A stretch of DNA of 64,000 bases from a virus, in the IMG/VR virus record IMGVR_UViG_3300044683_000172, positions 1-64,000 of that record; one strand, given 5' to 3'. Of the stretch, positions 35,023 to 44,454 are shown in pieces. Every line of letters starts with the position of its first letter. Within the stretch, counting starts at the first letter, position 1. Position numbers and translations under genes: made by a program. Below the pieces are notes generated by a model. It did not search any database. It was not told the origin of the DNA and saw nothing but the letters and a program-made list of their open reading frames with translations.

Positions 35023-35691
35023 ATGACCCAACTGAAATTCCGCATCGAACAAATCGCCCTGGCTCCTGCCAACACCGGCCGCGCCATCAAGCTTCTTTCC
35101 GACCTCGGCCTCACCGACTGGTTCAAGGACAACGTGGTGGCCAGCGGGCATGTGTACGGCGTTCCTGGCCAGAACAGCGCCCTTTTGCAGTTCAACTACC
35201 AAGCCGGCAACGGCAACGATCCGGCCGGCAAGCCGTTGGAGTTGGAAGTGCTGAAGTACGTGGACGGCAACAACTGGCTGAACTATCGCCCGGACAACAC
35301 CACGTCGCATCTGGGCATGCACGTCACGAGCGAAGAACTGTACGCCTTCCAGAAGTATTTCGAGCGCGAAGGCATCCCCGTTGCCCAGGCCGTTTGGACG
35401 GATGCGCACACAAATCCCGCCATCGCCGGCAAGCGTTTCTACAACTACGTCATCTTCGATACACACCAGATCATCGGCGTCGATCTGAAGTTCATCGTGC
35501 GCCATGACGTCACGCAAGTGGAGCAGAAAGAATCGCGCTTGCATCGCAATGGCGAAATCACGAGCAATGTCAAGGTCGAAATCGATACGAAGGACATCGA
35601 CCGTGCCGTCAAGCGCGCTCTGTCCGCCAAGAAGACTGTCGCCAAGCCTGCCAAGCCGGTCGGGCGCAAAACCGCTGTGCGCTCGAAATAA
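35023..35691 (+). CDS. VOC/glyoxalase-like two-module protein with Lys-rich C-terminal tail (tentative)
   Basis: Two beta-alpha-beta-like modules (FRIEQIALAP...; HLGMHVTSEELYAFQKYFEREGIPV...). Basic tail KKTVAKPAKPVGRKTAVRSK. Assignment by pattern only. Confidence 0.4.
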   Translation: MTQLKFRIEQIALAPANTGRAIKLLSDLGLTDWFKDNVVASGHVYGVPGQNSALLQFNYQAGNGNDPAGKPLELEVLKYVDGNNWLNYRPDNTTSHLGMHVTSEELYAFQKYFEREGIPVAQAVWTDAHTNPAIAGKRFYNYVIFDTHQIIGVDLKFIVRHDVTQVEQKESRLHRNGEITSNVKVEIDTKDIDRAVKRALSAKKTVAKPAKPVGRKTAVRSK

Positions 35692-35729
35692 GACGCCGAC
35701 CTTATAATCGGCCCGCAAGGCCGGGAAGC

Positions 35730-35760
35730 TGCAAGGCTTTCCGGCCTTTTACTTAGAGCC
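35730..35760 (+). terminator. rho-independent terminator (gccggga...ttccggc + CTTTT)
   Basis: GC hairpin with T tract after the VOC-like gene. Confidence 0.45.
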
Positions 35761-35778
35761 AATAGAAAGGAGAATTTC

Positions 35779-36342
35779 ATGATATTCGCAGTAGCGGATA
35801 CGGAAACTACTGGCCTGCCATTCCATCGCGCGGCGCGACTCGATCAGCAGCCGCGCATCATCGAAATCGCAGGCGTCATAACGGACGGTGTTGATGTTCT
35901 GGACAAGTTCGAGTGCATCGTCAACCCCGGCGTGGCAATCGAACAGATCATCACCGACATCACCGGGTTGACGAATGCCGATTTGGCCGATAAGCCGGCA
36001 TTCAAGGACGTCATTCCGCAGGTTGCCGAGTTCTTCGGTAAAGCAGACGCCTGCATCTTCCACAACGCATCATTCGACCGATCCATGTTTGCCTATGATC
36101 TCCAACGCATCGGCTTGGAGTTGGACGCGATCAACTGGCCTGAGCTCACCATCTGTACCGTTGAAGAGACGATGCCGCGATATGGGCGCCGCATGAAGCT
36201 GGAAGAGCTTTACAACCTTCACTGCGGCGAATATGTCCAGAAGCACAGAGCATTGGACGACGTTTTGCTGCTTCATCAGGTCTGCATCAGGACAGGCGTT
36301 TACAGCGCATACAAGCAAACAGAAGAGATGAGGGCGCTATGA
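35779..36342 (+). CDS. DnaQ-like 3'-5' exonuclease (DEDDh)
   Basis: Exo I IFAVADTETTGL. Exo II IFHNASFDRSMF. Exo III HRALDDVLLLHQV. Confidence 0.8.
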   Translation: MIFAVADTETTGLPFHRAARLDQQPRIIEIAGVITDGVDVLDKFECIVNPGVAIEQIITDITGLTNADLADKPAFKDVIPQVAEFFGKADACIFHNASFDRSMFAYDLQRIGLELDAINWPELTICTVEETMPRYGRRMKLEELYNLHCGEYVQKHRALDDVLLLHQVCIRTGVYSAYKQTEEMRAL

Positions 36343-36500
36343 ATTGTGACATCTGCAAAAAGCCGTTGAGCGAAGACCCGAAGAAGGACAATTACAACTG
36401 CGGCGGTACATGCATGCGCTGCATGGCGTCGTTTGATGATCCTGAGTGCAAGAAGGCCATCGCTGAAATCGACGGTATTGAGTTGGAGGATGAGCAATGA
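36339..36500 (+). CDS. small zinc-ribbon protein (53 aa)
   Basis: CDICKK...CGGTCMRC. Overlaps both neighbours by 4 nt. Confidence 0.35.
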   Translation: MNCDICKKPLSEDPKKDNYNCGGTCMRCMASFDDPECKKAIAEIDGIELEDEQ

Positions 36501-39349
36501 ATCTACCACAACTGCGAGTCCGCACCGGCTATTCTTTCCGCAATGCCTATGGGAGAATGGAAGAAGTCTTCGCGCGACTGAAAGAAATCGAATCTCCGTC
36601 AGCCGCTATCGTTGACTGGGGCACATGGGGGCATGTACGTTTCGAGAAGGAAGCGAAAAAGACCGGCATTAAGCCTATGTTTGGGATGGAAGTTCCGATC
36701 ATCCAAACCATGGAAGACGGCGAGAAATCTAAGTTCAAACCTGTCGCATGGATGCTGGCTGCCGATACGCGCGCCTTCTATCGCGGAACGACGAAGGCCT
36801 GGGCCGAACGAGGGTTGTCGCCGGCCGAGTTCGCAGCGCTGCCCGGTGTCGTACGCTTCGCGGGCGCAGCATCCCGGGTCTTGACCCCAGACCAGTACGA
36901 TTTCATCGACGTCAACCCGGCATCGATTTCCGAAGCGGCACGAGGCGTGTGGATCGCGCGCGAAACTGGCAAGCCTCTGGTCATCACCTGTTACAACGAC
37001 ATGCCGAAGCCGGATCACATGGACTTCGCGTATGCGTGGGAAGTTCGGGATTCGGTCGGCCATCGCTTCTTGGACGGCATCGATGAGCTTTGGAAGCGAC
37101 TTCAGCGCGTGATGTCGTGGAGCGAATTCCAAGCCGCAATCGACAACACCGTGGAAATTGCCGACAAGCTTGCTGGCAAGGAACTGCCCAAGGCACCTCT
37201 GATTCACCTGGAAGGCGATCTGGTTGCCCTGATCCGAGAAGGGCAGCAATCGCGCTTGCAGCGAGGTCACATCGCGGAATGGACCCAGGAATATGAGGAT
37301 CGTGTTCAAGAAGAGATCAAGCAAATTCAGCTGAAGAACTTCGACAGCTACTTTCTTGTTGTTGCTGATCTCGTCCGATTTGCAAAACAGCACATGCTGG
37401 TCGGACCCGCTCGCGGCTCGGCGGCAGGTTCATTGGTCTGCTATCTTCTCGGCATCACAGAAGTCGATCCTATTCCCCACGACCTTCTGTTCCAGCGGTT
37501 CATCGACATCAGCCGCGCTGACCTTCCGGATATCGACATCGACTTTGCCGACAACAAGCGTCATATGGTGTTCACGTACTTGCAAGAAAAGTACGGAACG
37601 CAGAACGTCGCCAAGCTTGGGAATATCAACACGCTGAAGGCCAACTCTGTGATGGCGCAAGTCGGCAAGCGTTTCGGCATTTCTTTCGGCGAAACTTCCC
37701 AAGTCAAAAATGCGCTCATTGAATACTCTTCTGGCGATGCTCGATACGGAAAAGGTTTGGAAGATACCTTCTCCACCACCGGACCCGGACAGGAATTCAC
37801 CCAGAAGCATCCGGACGCCGCGCGATGCATGGGCGACCTCGAAATCCATCCAAGTCATACAGGCGTACACGCTGCGGGCATCCTCGTCTGTAATGATCCA
37901 ATCAGCGATTACTGCACGGTCACCGAAGAAGGCGTGGCACAAATCGATAAGCCGGATTCTGAGTATCTGAACCTGCTGAAGATCGACGCGCTTGGCTTGC
38001 GTACTCTGGGCATCATCGATGATACGGGCGTCGTCACGGCCGAAGAACTCTACAGTCTGCGACTTGACGATCCCGCCGTGTTCGAAATCCTCAATGAGGA
38101 CAAGGTGAGTGGCATCTTCCAGTTTGAAGGGGATGCCGTTCGATCTGTGACGCGCTCTGTTAACGTGGATCGGTTCTCGAAAATCGACAACTTGACAGCT
38201 CTGGCGCGGCCCGGCCCGCTCGCGTCCGGTATGGCCCAAAAGTACATCGCCCGCGCCAACGGATCGGAGCCTGTTACGTACGATGTTCCGCAGCTGGAGA
38301 AGTACCTAAAGGACACGTACGGCGTTTTCCTTTACCAAGAGCAGATCATGTCCGTGGTGAAGGAAATTGGCTTGTTCGACTGGGTGAAGACTTCTGCTGT
38401 CCGAAAGGCCATGTCTGGTCGAAAGGGCGAAGAATACTTCAACCAGATGGGTGCCGACTTTGTTGCAGGCGCGACTTCGCAAGGAGTGCCGGAAGATCAG
38501 GCCAAGAAGATTTGGAACGAGATGGTGACGTTCGGCTCTTGGGGCTTCAATAAATCGCACTCGGTCTCATATGCCGTCGTGACGTATTGGACTTGCTGGC
38601 TCAAGCGTTATCATCCACTGGAGTTTGCCGCAGCCTGTCTGCGCGCGGCGAAAGACGATGATCAAGTAATCGCAATTCTTCGAGAATTGGCCAAGGAAGG
38701 AATCCATTACACGCCAATCGATCCGTCGTTCAGCGATATGAATTGGAAGGTGGCCGATGGCCGACTGATCGGCGGCATCATGAATGCCAAGGGTTTTGGA
38801 CCGGCCAAGGCGATGAAGTACATCCAGGATCGCGAGAAATGGAAGAGGCTTCGCGACTTGGGGCCGCTGACGAAGAAGGATACGGCGCTGTACCTGAAGC
38901 ACGTCGAATCGCTCGCCAAGGCTGAGGTCCAATACTCCGACTTGAATGAAGCGCACACCAAGTGGGGCCACTTCTATCGGAACCCGGAACTGGCCGGCGT
39001 TACGTCCGGCAACCCTATCGTCAACATGAAGTCGGTGAAGGACAAAGACGATGGTCTGATCATCGCCAAGCTGACCAAGAAGGTTTTGGCCGACGAGAAC
39101 GAAGCCATTCGGATCAAAAAGCGCGGCGGGAAAGTCATGACCGGCCAGACGCAGTTCATCGACTTGATGATGGTGGACGATTCCGCCGACTCGCCGATGC
39201 GTTTCCGTATCCGCCCTAACAAGTTCCTTGACCTAGGCAAGCCCATCGCGGAAACCGCTCCGATCAATTCTTGGTTTCTGATCAAAGCATGGAAGATCGA
39301 AGGAATTGATATGTTCATCGTTAAGAACATAAAGAGGATCGACCAATGA
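36497..39349 (+). CDS. dnaE: DNA polymerase III alpha subunit (DnaE-type replicative polymerase)
   Basis: 950 aa. PHP-like N-terminus. GPARGSAAGSLVCYLLGITEVDP polymerase-core motif. Confidence 0.9.
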   Translation: MNLPQLRVRTGYSFRNAYGRMEEVFARLKEIESPSAAIVDWGTWGHVRFEKEAKKTGIKPMFGMEVPIIQTMEDGEKSKFKPVAWMLAADTRAFYRGTTKAWAERGLSPAEFAALPGVVRFAGAASRVLTPDQYDFIDVNPASISEAARGVWIARETGKPLVITCYNDMPKPDHMDFAYAWEVRDSVGHRFLDGIDELWKRLQRVMSWSEFQAAIDNTVEIADKLAGKELPKAPLIHLEGDLVALIREGQQSRLQRGHIAEWTQEYEDRVQEEIKQIQLKNFDSYFLVVADLVRFAKQHMLVGPARGSAAGSLVCYLLGITEVDPIPHDLLFQRFIDISRADLPDIDIDFADNKRHMVFTYLQEKYGTQNVAKLGNINTLKANSVMAQVGKRFGISFGETSQVKNALIEYSSGDARYGKGLEDTFSTTGPGQEFTQKHPDAARCMGDLEIHPSHTGVHAAGILVCNDPISDYCTVTEEGVAQIDKPDSEYLNLLKIDALGLRTLGIIDDTGVVTAEELYSLRLDDPAVFEILNEDKVSGIFQFEGDAVRSVTRSVNVDRFSKIDNLTALARPGPLASGMAQKYIARANGSEPVTYDVPQLEKYLKDTYGVFLYQEQIMSVVKEIGLFDWVKTSAVRKAMSGRKGEEYFNQMGADFVAGATSQGVPEDQAKKIWNEMVTFGSWGFNKSHSVSYAVVTYWTCWLKRYHPLEFAAACLRAAKDDDQVIAILRELAKEGIHYTPIDPSFSDMNWKVADGRLIGGIMNAKGFGPAKAMKYIQDREKWKRLRDLGPLTKKDTALYLKHVESLAKAEVQYSDLNEAHTKWGHFYRNPELAGVTSGNPIVNMKSVKDKDDGLIIAKLTKKVLADENEAIRIKKRGGKVMTGQTQFIDLMMVDDSADSPMRFRIRPNKFLDLGKPIAETAPINSWFLIKAWKIEGIDMFIVKNIKRIDQ

Positions 39350-39438
39350 AGTTCATTGATTTCATCATGTTGTGCGTGGCTCTTCTGTTGGCCGCGCACG
39401 TCGCCATTCAACAAAGCCTAGGAGTTATGTGGGCATGA
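39346..39438 (+). CDS. tiny hydrophobic peptide (30 aa)
   Basis: MKFIDFIMLCVALLLAAHV. Fills the gap with 4-nt overlaps. Confidence 0.25.
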   Translation: MKFIDFIMLCVALLLAAHVAIQQSLGVMWA

Positions 39439-39878
39439 GCCGACTGAAAGAGCAACGCGAATGGGATGTCTTCAGCAAGCATGCTGCAGGCCGTCTTCTT
39501 TTGCATCGGGTGGAAAACTCGGTGCGCGAATCGATGCCGGATGTGATCGGCGAAAACCGCGATGGGAAGGCATTCTGGCTGGAACTCAAGGCACTATATG
39601 AATGGCCGAAGCGCGCGACTACGAAGCCATTGCGCGGCGCATTCGAAAAGGGCCAGATTCCATTCGGCAAAGAGTGGATCATGTGGGGCGGCAATGCGTA
39701 CGTGCTGTTGCGAGTCGGACAAGATGAATGGTTTTTGCTCTCTTGCAAGCCGCGAATCATCGGAATGACTTGGCCGGAGAACAGCATCGATCTGGCAGAT
39801 ATGACGCGAGATCAAATCAACTCATCGGCCGTTGCAATCGGACTTGAACCAATCATCGAATTCTTGGAGCAACTATGA
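39435..39878 (+). CDS. VRR-NUC domain nuclease (PD-(D/E)xK)
   Basis: MPDVIGENRDGKAFWLELKAL is a PD...ELK motif. Immediately upstream of the SNF2 helicase, the usual phage arrangement. Confidence 0.6.
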   Translation: MSRLKEQREWDVFSKHAAGRLLLHRVENSVRESMPDVIGENRDGKAFWLELKALYEWPKRATTKPLRGAFEKGQIPFGKEWIMWGGNAYVLLRVGQDEWFLLSCKPRIIGMTWPENSIDLADMTRDQINSSAVAIGLEPIIEFLEQL

Positions 39879-41341
39879 AGACAAAAGGAATGATCCACCA
39901 GTTGATCGGCCTCAATCGAATGGAAGGAAAGCGCAACTTCGCGCTTCTGATGGAGCAGGGGACAGGCAAGACGTGGGTCAGCATGGCTGATGCCGAGCGC
40001 TGCTTCATCGCCGACAAGATCGATGCGCTGCTGGTCTTCGCTCCGAATGGCGTGCACATCAACTGGACGCGCCGCGAGATTCCGACGCACATGGAAGTCC
40101 CGACGGTCACGTATGCATGGAAAGGCAAACCGACCAGCAAGCGTGCGATTGCCGCTCACGAAAAGCTGTATGCCACTCATTTCGCGCAGCCGACTCTTCG
40201 CGTGTTCACAATCAACTTCGAAGCCGTCAACACCGCTGCTGGCTATGAAGCCGTGGAGCGGTTCCTTGGCACGTTCCGAGTCATGTGCGTGGTCGATGAA
40301 TCGACGCGCATCAAGAATCCGTCGGCGAAGCGGACAAAGAAGATCGTGAAGCTGGGGCGAATGGCGACTGCTCGACGAATCCTCAGCGGCACGCCTCTGA
40401 CCAAAGCACCAACGGACCTTTACAGTCAATTCGACTTCCTGAAGTCAGGGTTGCTCGGGACCACATCTTATCGCGCTTTCGTTGCGGAGCACGCAGTGCT
40501 GCTCACTGAAGACGATCCGAAGATGAAGGCCATCATGCGCAAGCTTGCTGGAAAGACTTTCGGCATGCCTCAAGTTGTCGCAGAGGACGAGAACGGAAAC
40601 AAGCAGTGGCGAAATCTTGAACGTCTTCGCGACATGATTGCGCCCCATTCGTATCGTGTCAGAAAAGAGGATTGCTTGGACCTTCCGCCGAAGGTCTACA
40701 AGCGCGTTTACTTTGAGTTGGACGCAAAGCAGCGCCGAGTCTATGATTTGCTGAAGGAAGACTACCACTACGTCCACTTGGATTCGGAAGATATGTCATT
40801 CCAGGCAATCGCCGCGCGGACAAAGTTGAAGCAAGTGGTGTCTGGATTCATCAACATCCACGGCGAGCCGTTCCTGATCGACCCGAAGGAAAACCCGCGA
40901 ATGTCGGTGTTCAAGGAGTTGATCGAAGGGATCGAAGGACAGTTCATCGTCTGGGCGATGTTTGAAGAAGAAATCAAACAGATCATGGACGCCCTTTCAG
41001 ATGCCGGGATCAGCGCGGCTGCATACTATGGAGCCACGCCGAAAGAAGAGCGCGAACAGATCATCGACGACTTCCAGAGCGGTCGGTTGACCGTATTTGT
41101 CGGCCACGCTGCAGCGGCAGGGATCGGCATTACGCTGACGGCCGCGCAGACTGCCATTTATTATTCGTGCTCATTCGACAATGAGCTTCGGCTCCAGTCG
41201 GAAGATCGATGCCACCGGATCGGGACGAAGGGCACCGTGGTCTATTACGACATCATCGCAGAAGACACGATTGATGAAGATGTCGTGCGGTCTTTGGCCA
41301 TCAAATCGCATCTGGCCGATGTGGTGATCGACGGTAAGTGA
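39875..41341 (+). CDS. SNF2-family helicase/ATPase
   Basis: GTGKTW Walker A. VVDESTRIKN (DExH-type motif II). C-terminal helicase domain. Confidence 0.85.
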   Translation: MKTKGMIHQLIGLNRMEGKRNFALLMEQGTGKTWVSMADAERCFIADKIDALLVFAPNGVHINWTRREIPTHMEVPTVTYAWKGKPTSKRAIAAHEKLYATHFAQPTLRVFTINFEAVNTAAGYEAVERFLGTFRVMCVVDESTRIKNPSAKRTKKIVKLGRMATARRILSGTPLTKAPTDLYSQFDFLKSGLLGTTSYRAFVAEHAVLLTEDDPKMKAIMRKLAGKTFGMPQVVAEDENGNKQWRNLERLRDMIAPHSYRVRKEDCLDLPPKVYKRVYFELDAKQRRVYDLLKEDYHYVHLDSEDMSFQAIAARTKLKQVVSGFINIHGEPFLIDPKENPRMSVFKELIEGIEGQFIVWAMFEEEIKQIMDALSDAGISAAAYYGATPKEEREQIIDDFQSGRLTVFVGHAAAAGIGITLTAAQTAIYYSCSFDNELRLQSEDRCHRIGTKGTVVYYDIIAEDTIDEDVVRSLAIKSHLADVVIDGK

Positions 41342-41405
41342 TGGTTGCCGGGGCCATGCGACTCCGGCAAAATAGCGCCAACTAGAACCACGAGAAAGGA
41401 ACCAA

Positions 41406-41738
41406 ATGGCACGAGTATTCATCCCACAGGTAGTCACGCGATTCAATCCCGTCTCGAAGACAAAAGAGCCGGTTTTTGACTTCAGCGCCGCCGCGCAGCA
41501 TGGGACTCTGATCAACGTGCTGAGTGAAGAGGACAATCCCCTGTTTCTGGCCCATCTTGCTCCAAAGATTCGAAAGGCTTTGGATGATTTCAAGGAAGAG
41601 GATCGGTTGCTGGCCGTTGGCGACCCCTCTGTGATCGCCATTTGCAGCGGCATCATCCTGCGGCGACAACGAGTCCTCAACATGCTTAAGTGGGATCGCA
41701 AGCTGCAAGTTTACATCAATGTGGAGGTAAGACCATGA
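41406..41738 (+). CDS. hypothetical protein
   Basis: 110-aa ORF. Confidence 0.45.
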   Translation: MARVFIPQVVTRFNPVSKTKEPVFDFSAAAQHGTLINVLSEEDNPLFLAHLAPKIRKALDDFKEEDRLLAVGDPSVIAICSGIILRRQRVLNMLKWDRKLQVYINVEVRP

Positions 41739-42376
41739 GTGACGAACCGATTCAACAGAATCTTGTTACAGACGGATTTGACGATCCGGAAAGCAACGGC
41801 AGCATTCCGACATCCGCCTACTTCGAAGACACAGGTCCGGTCAGCAATGAAGAGCCTGCGACTTTGGAGGCTCTGAGCTTGATGGCCCGGAAGAGTGGCG
41901 AGTTGGAGGCCGAAATCATGGCGCTGGAAGTTCAACTGGCCGAGAAGACGGACCAACTGAACATCATCAAGCGCAAGAGCATGCCCGACATCATGGAGCG
42001 TCTGGGCTTTGAATCGTTCAAGATGGAAGATGGCCGAACCATTGAGATCGAGAAGAAGATCAATGCATCCATCAGCGCCGAGAACAAGCCGCTGGCATTC
42101 GCTTGGCTCCGCGAGCACAACTGTGACGGCATCATCAAGATGAAGGTCGGCACCGACTTCGGCAAGGGCGAAAGCGACTTGGCTGAAAAGGCAATCAAAG
42201 CGCTGCGCGAAGCCGGTTTCGATCCGAACGTTGACGAGAACGTTCACCCGGCCACGCTCAAGGCATTCGTCCGCGAGCAACTGGAAGAAGGCACCGATAT
42301 TCCAATCGATGTCTTCGGCATCTTCGAATTCAAAGAGGCAAAAATCAAATTGCCTCGGACATCGAAGCGCAAGTAA
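41735..42376 (+). CDS. hypothetical acidic coiled-coil protein (recombination or replication accessory?)
   Basis: RBS ggaggtaagaccATG. Precedes the SSB-like gene. Confidence 0.5.
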   Translation: MSDEPIQQNLVTDGFDDPESNGSIPTSAYFEDTGPVSNEEPATLEALSLMARKSGELEAEIMALEVQLAEKTDQLNIIKRKSMPDIMERLGFESFKMEDGRTIEIEKKINASISAENKPLAFAWLREHNCDGIIKMKVGTDFGKGESDLAEKAIKALREAGFDPNVDENVHPATLKAFVREQLEEGTDIPIDVFGIFEFKEAKIKLPRTSKRK

Positions 42377-42432
42377 TCTAGCGCTTCCTCAACCGAGTAG
42401 TTTCAATTCAGTTTCAACAAGGAGCATCAAAT

Positions 42433-43287
42433 ATGGCAAAGAAAGAAGAGAATGCAGTGGTGGAAGTGAAGGCTGGCGCGCTGGCCACGGTTCCGGAATT
42501 CATGGACGTCGCCGACTTCGGCGCGGGCTTCGAAGGCACCGACAAGGACTCCTATGCGATCCCGTTCCTTCAAGTCCTGCAGAAGATGTCGCCGCTGGTC
42601 GATGAAGACAGTCCCAAGTACATCGAAGGCGCCAAGGCCGGCATGTTCTTCAATACCGTCACTGGTCGCCTGTACGATGGCAAAAACGGCCTGACCGTCA
42701 TCCCGTGCGCCTACAAGCGTTCCTTCATCCAGTGGGGTGCACGCGAGGCTGGCGGCGGCTTCAAGGGCGAGTTCACGCCTGAGCACGCCGAGCAGATGGT
42801 GGCTGAAGGCAAGTGGCTGCAGATCGAGAACCGCATCTACGTTCCGGACGAAAACGGCAAGGTCGATCCGAAGAAGCAGGACTACGTTGCCGACACGCGA
42901 TCCCACTTCATCGTCGGCATCGATCCCGAAACCAACGAAACGTTCCGCGCGATCCTCTCGCTGGCTTCCTCGCAGATCAAGGCCAGCCGCAACCTGATGA
43001 CGTCGCTGAGCCAGAAGAAAGTCACGCTGCCGGACGGCTCGAAGCGCACGCCGCCGACGTTTGCCAACCTGGTCCAACTGACGACCGTCGGCCAGACGAA
43101 CGATCAGGGCTCCTGGTCCGGCGTCGTCTTCAAACTGGACGGCACGATCACTGACAAGGCGCTGTTCGAAGAGGCCAAGGACTTCCACAAGTCCATCGCG
43201 GCCGGCGAAGTGAAGGTGGACTACAGCAAGGCGGCAGACGATGGCACCAGCGCCAGCGACAAGCCGCAAGAAGCCGAAGGGTTCTAA
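42433..43287 (+). CDS. single-stranded DNA-binding protein, T7 gp2.5-like (acidic C-terminal tail ending in Phe)
   Basis: 284 aa. C-terminus ...DDGTSASDKPQEAEGF (acidic tail with terminal aromatic) typical of the gp2.5/DUF2815 SSB family. RBS aaggagcatcaaatATG. Confidence 0.5.
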   Translation: MAKKEENAVVEVKAGALATVPEFMDVADFGAGFEGTDKDSYAIPFLQVLQKMSPLVDEDSPKYIEGAKAGMFFNTVTGRLYDGKNGLTVIPCAYKRSFIQWGAREAGGGFKGEFTPEHAEQMVAEGKWLQIENRIYVPDENGKVDPKKQDYVADTRSHFIVGIDPETNETFRAILSLASSQIKASRNLMTSLSQKKVTLPDGSKRTPPTFANLVQLTTVGQTNDQGSWSGVVFKLDGTITDKALFEEAKDFHKSIAAGEVKVDYSKAADDGTSASDKPQEAEGF

Positions 43288-43356
43288 GCAGAGCCAGCAC
43301 AAAAGGGTAAGATAAGGGCCGGGCGATCCGGCCCTTATTCTACTCAGGAGCAAATC

Positions 43357-43680
43357 ATGTTTAACAAAGGCATCTTGGCGGCAATTGGCGCTGCACTTCT
43401 GGCTGTTTTGTACGCAATCAAGCGGCTGTTCGATTCGAAGCAGGAAAAGGATCAACGCGCGGAAGTTGCGAATGCCGCCAATTCGGTTGCAGAAAAGGCA
43501 AATGGCAATGCAAAAACGGCATCCGAAATCGCCAATATGACGGCCGAAGATATGGCCAAGGAGTTGTCCAATGTACAAGTCCAAACTGATGCTGATCGTG
43601 GCGCCGTTGCTTCTGGCGGCCTGCGCGACGGTTCCGACGCCCTCAACGCCGCAATTGATCGCGCCAACGGTCGCGTGTAA
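43357..43680 (+). CDS. i-spanin (Rz-like): N-terminal TM plus periplasmic coiled coil
   Basis: MFNKGILAAIGAALLAVLYAI TM segment. Overlaps the o-spanin gene in another frame. Confidence 0.5.
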   Translation: MFNKGILAAIGAALLAVLYAIKRLFDSKQEKDQRAEVANAANSVAEKANGNAKTASEIANMTAEDMAKELSNVQVQTDADRGAVASGGLRDGSDALNAAIDRANGRV

Positions 43681-43879
43681 CGAGAACGCGGCGCCCGCTC
43701 TGCTCCCCAAGTATCCGACCGCCCCCGAGGTCGAAGACGCCATTTCGCTGAAGGCTTACAGCAAGCAACAGCAGGCGTGGGCAGTGGAAGCAATCGGCGC
43801 CTATTCGCAGGAGCGTGCAAAGCGTCGCGCAACTGCGGAATGCCTCAACAAACTCCGCCAACGAGGAATTATCAACTAA
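43571..43879 (+). CDS. o-spanin (Rz1-like) outer-membrane lipoprotein
   Basis: Signal plus lipobox LLLAAC. Pro-rich. Starts inside the i-spanin gene (overlapped architecture). Confidence 0.5.
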   Translation: MYKSKLMLIVAPLLLAACATVPTPSTPQLIAPTVACNENAAPALLPKYPTAPEVEDAISLKAYSKQQQAWAVEAIGAYSQERAKRRATAECLNKLRQRGIIN

Positions 43880-43889
43880 GGAGAAGTGA

Positions 43890-44453
43890 ATGACTGAATA
43901 CAACATTTCCATCCAAGACCTTTTCGCTGCCGTCGTTGCCTGGGCGAAAGCGCGCAATCTCATCGCAGGCAGCGATCCGAAGACGCAAACGCTCAAGACC
44001 GTCAGCGAATTCGCCGAGATCGGCGCTGGCATCTTCAAAGAAGACATCGACGAAATCAAGGACGGATTGGGCGACACCCTTGTCACCGTGATCATCGTCG
44101 CGGCGCAGCTTGGCAAGGACGCATATGATGCATTCGAAACGAAAATCAGCCTGGAAAGCGAGCTTGGCGAAGATTTCGAAATGTACAACTACGAACTGGC
44201 AAGCGCAACGCTGGGGCTGATGGCCGACAACGTCATCAAGGGGCAAGTCAACGACTACATGATCAATCTCGCCGTGTTCATCCAGCTGCTTGCCGATATC
44301 GCCGAATCCCGCAGTTGCAGCCTTCACGACTGTCTGGCCGCTGCCTACGATGAGATCAAGGACCGCAAGGGCGTGATGTACCACGGCGCCTTCATCAAGG
44401 ATTCGGACCCGCGCTATGCAGGCGCCTGCGCCGAACTTGGCCTGGAGGCTTAA
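43890..44453 (+). CDS. MazG-family nucleoside triphosphate pyrophosphohydrolase
   Basis: VSEFAEIGAGIFKEDIDEIKDGLGDTLVTVIIVAAQLG fits the MazG E.GE...E..ELGD consensus. Confidence 0.65.
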   Translation: MTEYNISIQDLFAAVVAWAKARNLIAGSDPKTQTLKTVSEFAEIGAGIFKEDIDEIKDGLGDTLVTVIIVAAQLGKDAYDAFETKISLESELGEDFEMYNYELASATLGLMADNVIKGQVNDYMINLAVFIQLLADIAESRSCSLHDCLAAAYDEIKDRKGVMYHGAFIKDSDPRYAGACAELGLEA

Positions 44454-44454
44454 C

